From the NCBI GenBank assembly GCA_036495095.1, contig DASXNK010000196.1:11472-75471 (forward strand): a DNA stretch of 64,000 bases, read 5' to 3'. Numbering within the stretch: the first letter of the stretch is position 1; each line of letters opens with the position of its first letter. This DNA is from Candidatus Dormiibacterota bacterium (GTDB lineage Bacteria > Chloroflexota > Dormibacteria > Aeolococcales > Aeolococcaceae). This document shows positions 63,769 to 64,000 of the stretch, one piece after another. The notes under the pieces are model-generated. The model was not told where the DNA came from. It saw nothing but the letters and a program-made list of their open reading frames with translations, and searched no databases. The position numbers and the translations under genes are program-made.

Positions 63769-64000
63769 ATGCGACGGCGACTCTGGGCGGCAGGGCTGGG
63801 TGTCCTCGCCCTCCTCCTCCAGGCGGCCGGCGTGCAGGCCGGGCCGCCCCTCCCCGAGCCTGGCGCACTGGCGCCGCTGGGTGGCGACGCCTGCACCCCC
63901 GACAACCCCTACCAGGCGCAGCTCTGGCAGCGGCTCGAGCCCTACGGCGACCGCTGCCGGCGGCTCCACTTCTCGGTCGGCCCGCTGCAGATCAAGGCGG
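63769..64000 (+). CDS. Secreted hypothetical protein, N-terminal fragment (runs off the window)
   Basis: MRRRLWAAGLGVLALLLQAAGVQAGPP... signal peptide. ORF still open at 64000. Confidence 0.4.
   Translation, partial: MRRRLWAAGLGVLALLLQAAGVQAGPPLPEPGALAPLGGDACTPDNPYQAQLWQRLEPYGDRCRRLHFSVGPLQIKA

Overview
This is a high-GC (~72%) window from an actinobacterium-like chromosome, densely coding on both strands. The calls I can support:

- **Mce and monooxygenase island.** The 3' end of an mce lipid/hydrophobic-substrate uptake cluster (three Mce-domain proteins plus an associated membrane protein) is followed by a complete soluble diiron monooxygenase operon of the propane-monooxygenase type (alpha, reductase, beta, coupling protein). 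That operon is translationally coupled to an Nramp metal transporter.
- **Molybdoenzyme module.** A membrane-bound enzyme set: a 4Fe-4S ferredoxin fused to an NrfD-like anchor, a 980-aa molybdopterin catalytic subunit and a TorD-like chaperone, followed by an orphan NarL/LuxR response regulator.
- **Copper module.** csoR and copA, with a candidate operator upstream of csoR.
- **c-di-GMP signalling.** A 1973-aa Ser/Thr-kinase / STAND-ATPase / TPR / GAF / PAS / GGDEF / EAL megaprotein, and a paralogous membrane PAS-GGDEF-EAL protein a few kb away. Between them lie two tandem paralogous small single-TM acidic-repeat proteins and a cold-shock gene.
- **Selenoprotein cluster (main finding).** A glycine-reductase-like operon at 43.2-47.8 kb in which both GrdB and GrdA are only full length if in-frame TGA codons (45563-45565 and 47427-47429) are read as selenocysteine. 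The six-frame track splits both genes at those codons. Such clusters are typical of low-GC anaerobes; here it sits in a ~72% GC genome without grdD or thioredoxin genes.

Other genes: BNR-propeller protein with an overlapping MoaD-like gene, a secreted esterase, a GT39-like glycosyltransferase, an ABC-2 exporter, PAP2 and LPG-synthase-like membrane proteins, a CPA2 antiporter, an XRE/ImmA pair, a secreted cupredoxin + beta-propeller protein, a second cold-shock gene, a second molybdopterin oxidoreductase, HxlR, TetR and MocR regulators, and an AmiS/UreI channel.

No rRNA, tRNA, CRISPR or transposase genes were seen. Many six-frame ORFs are antisense or shadow artefacts of GC-rich coding sequence and were not called.
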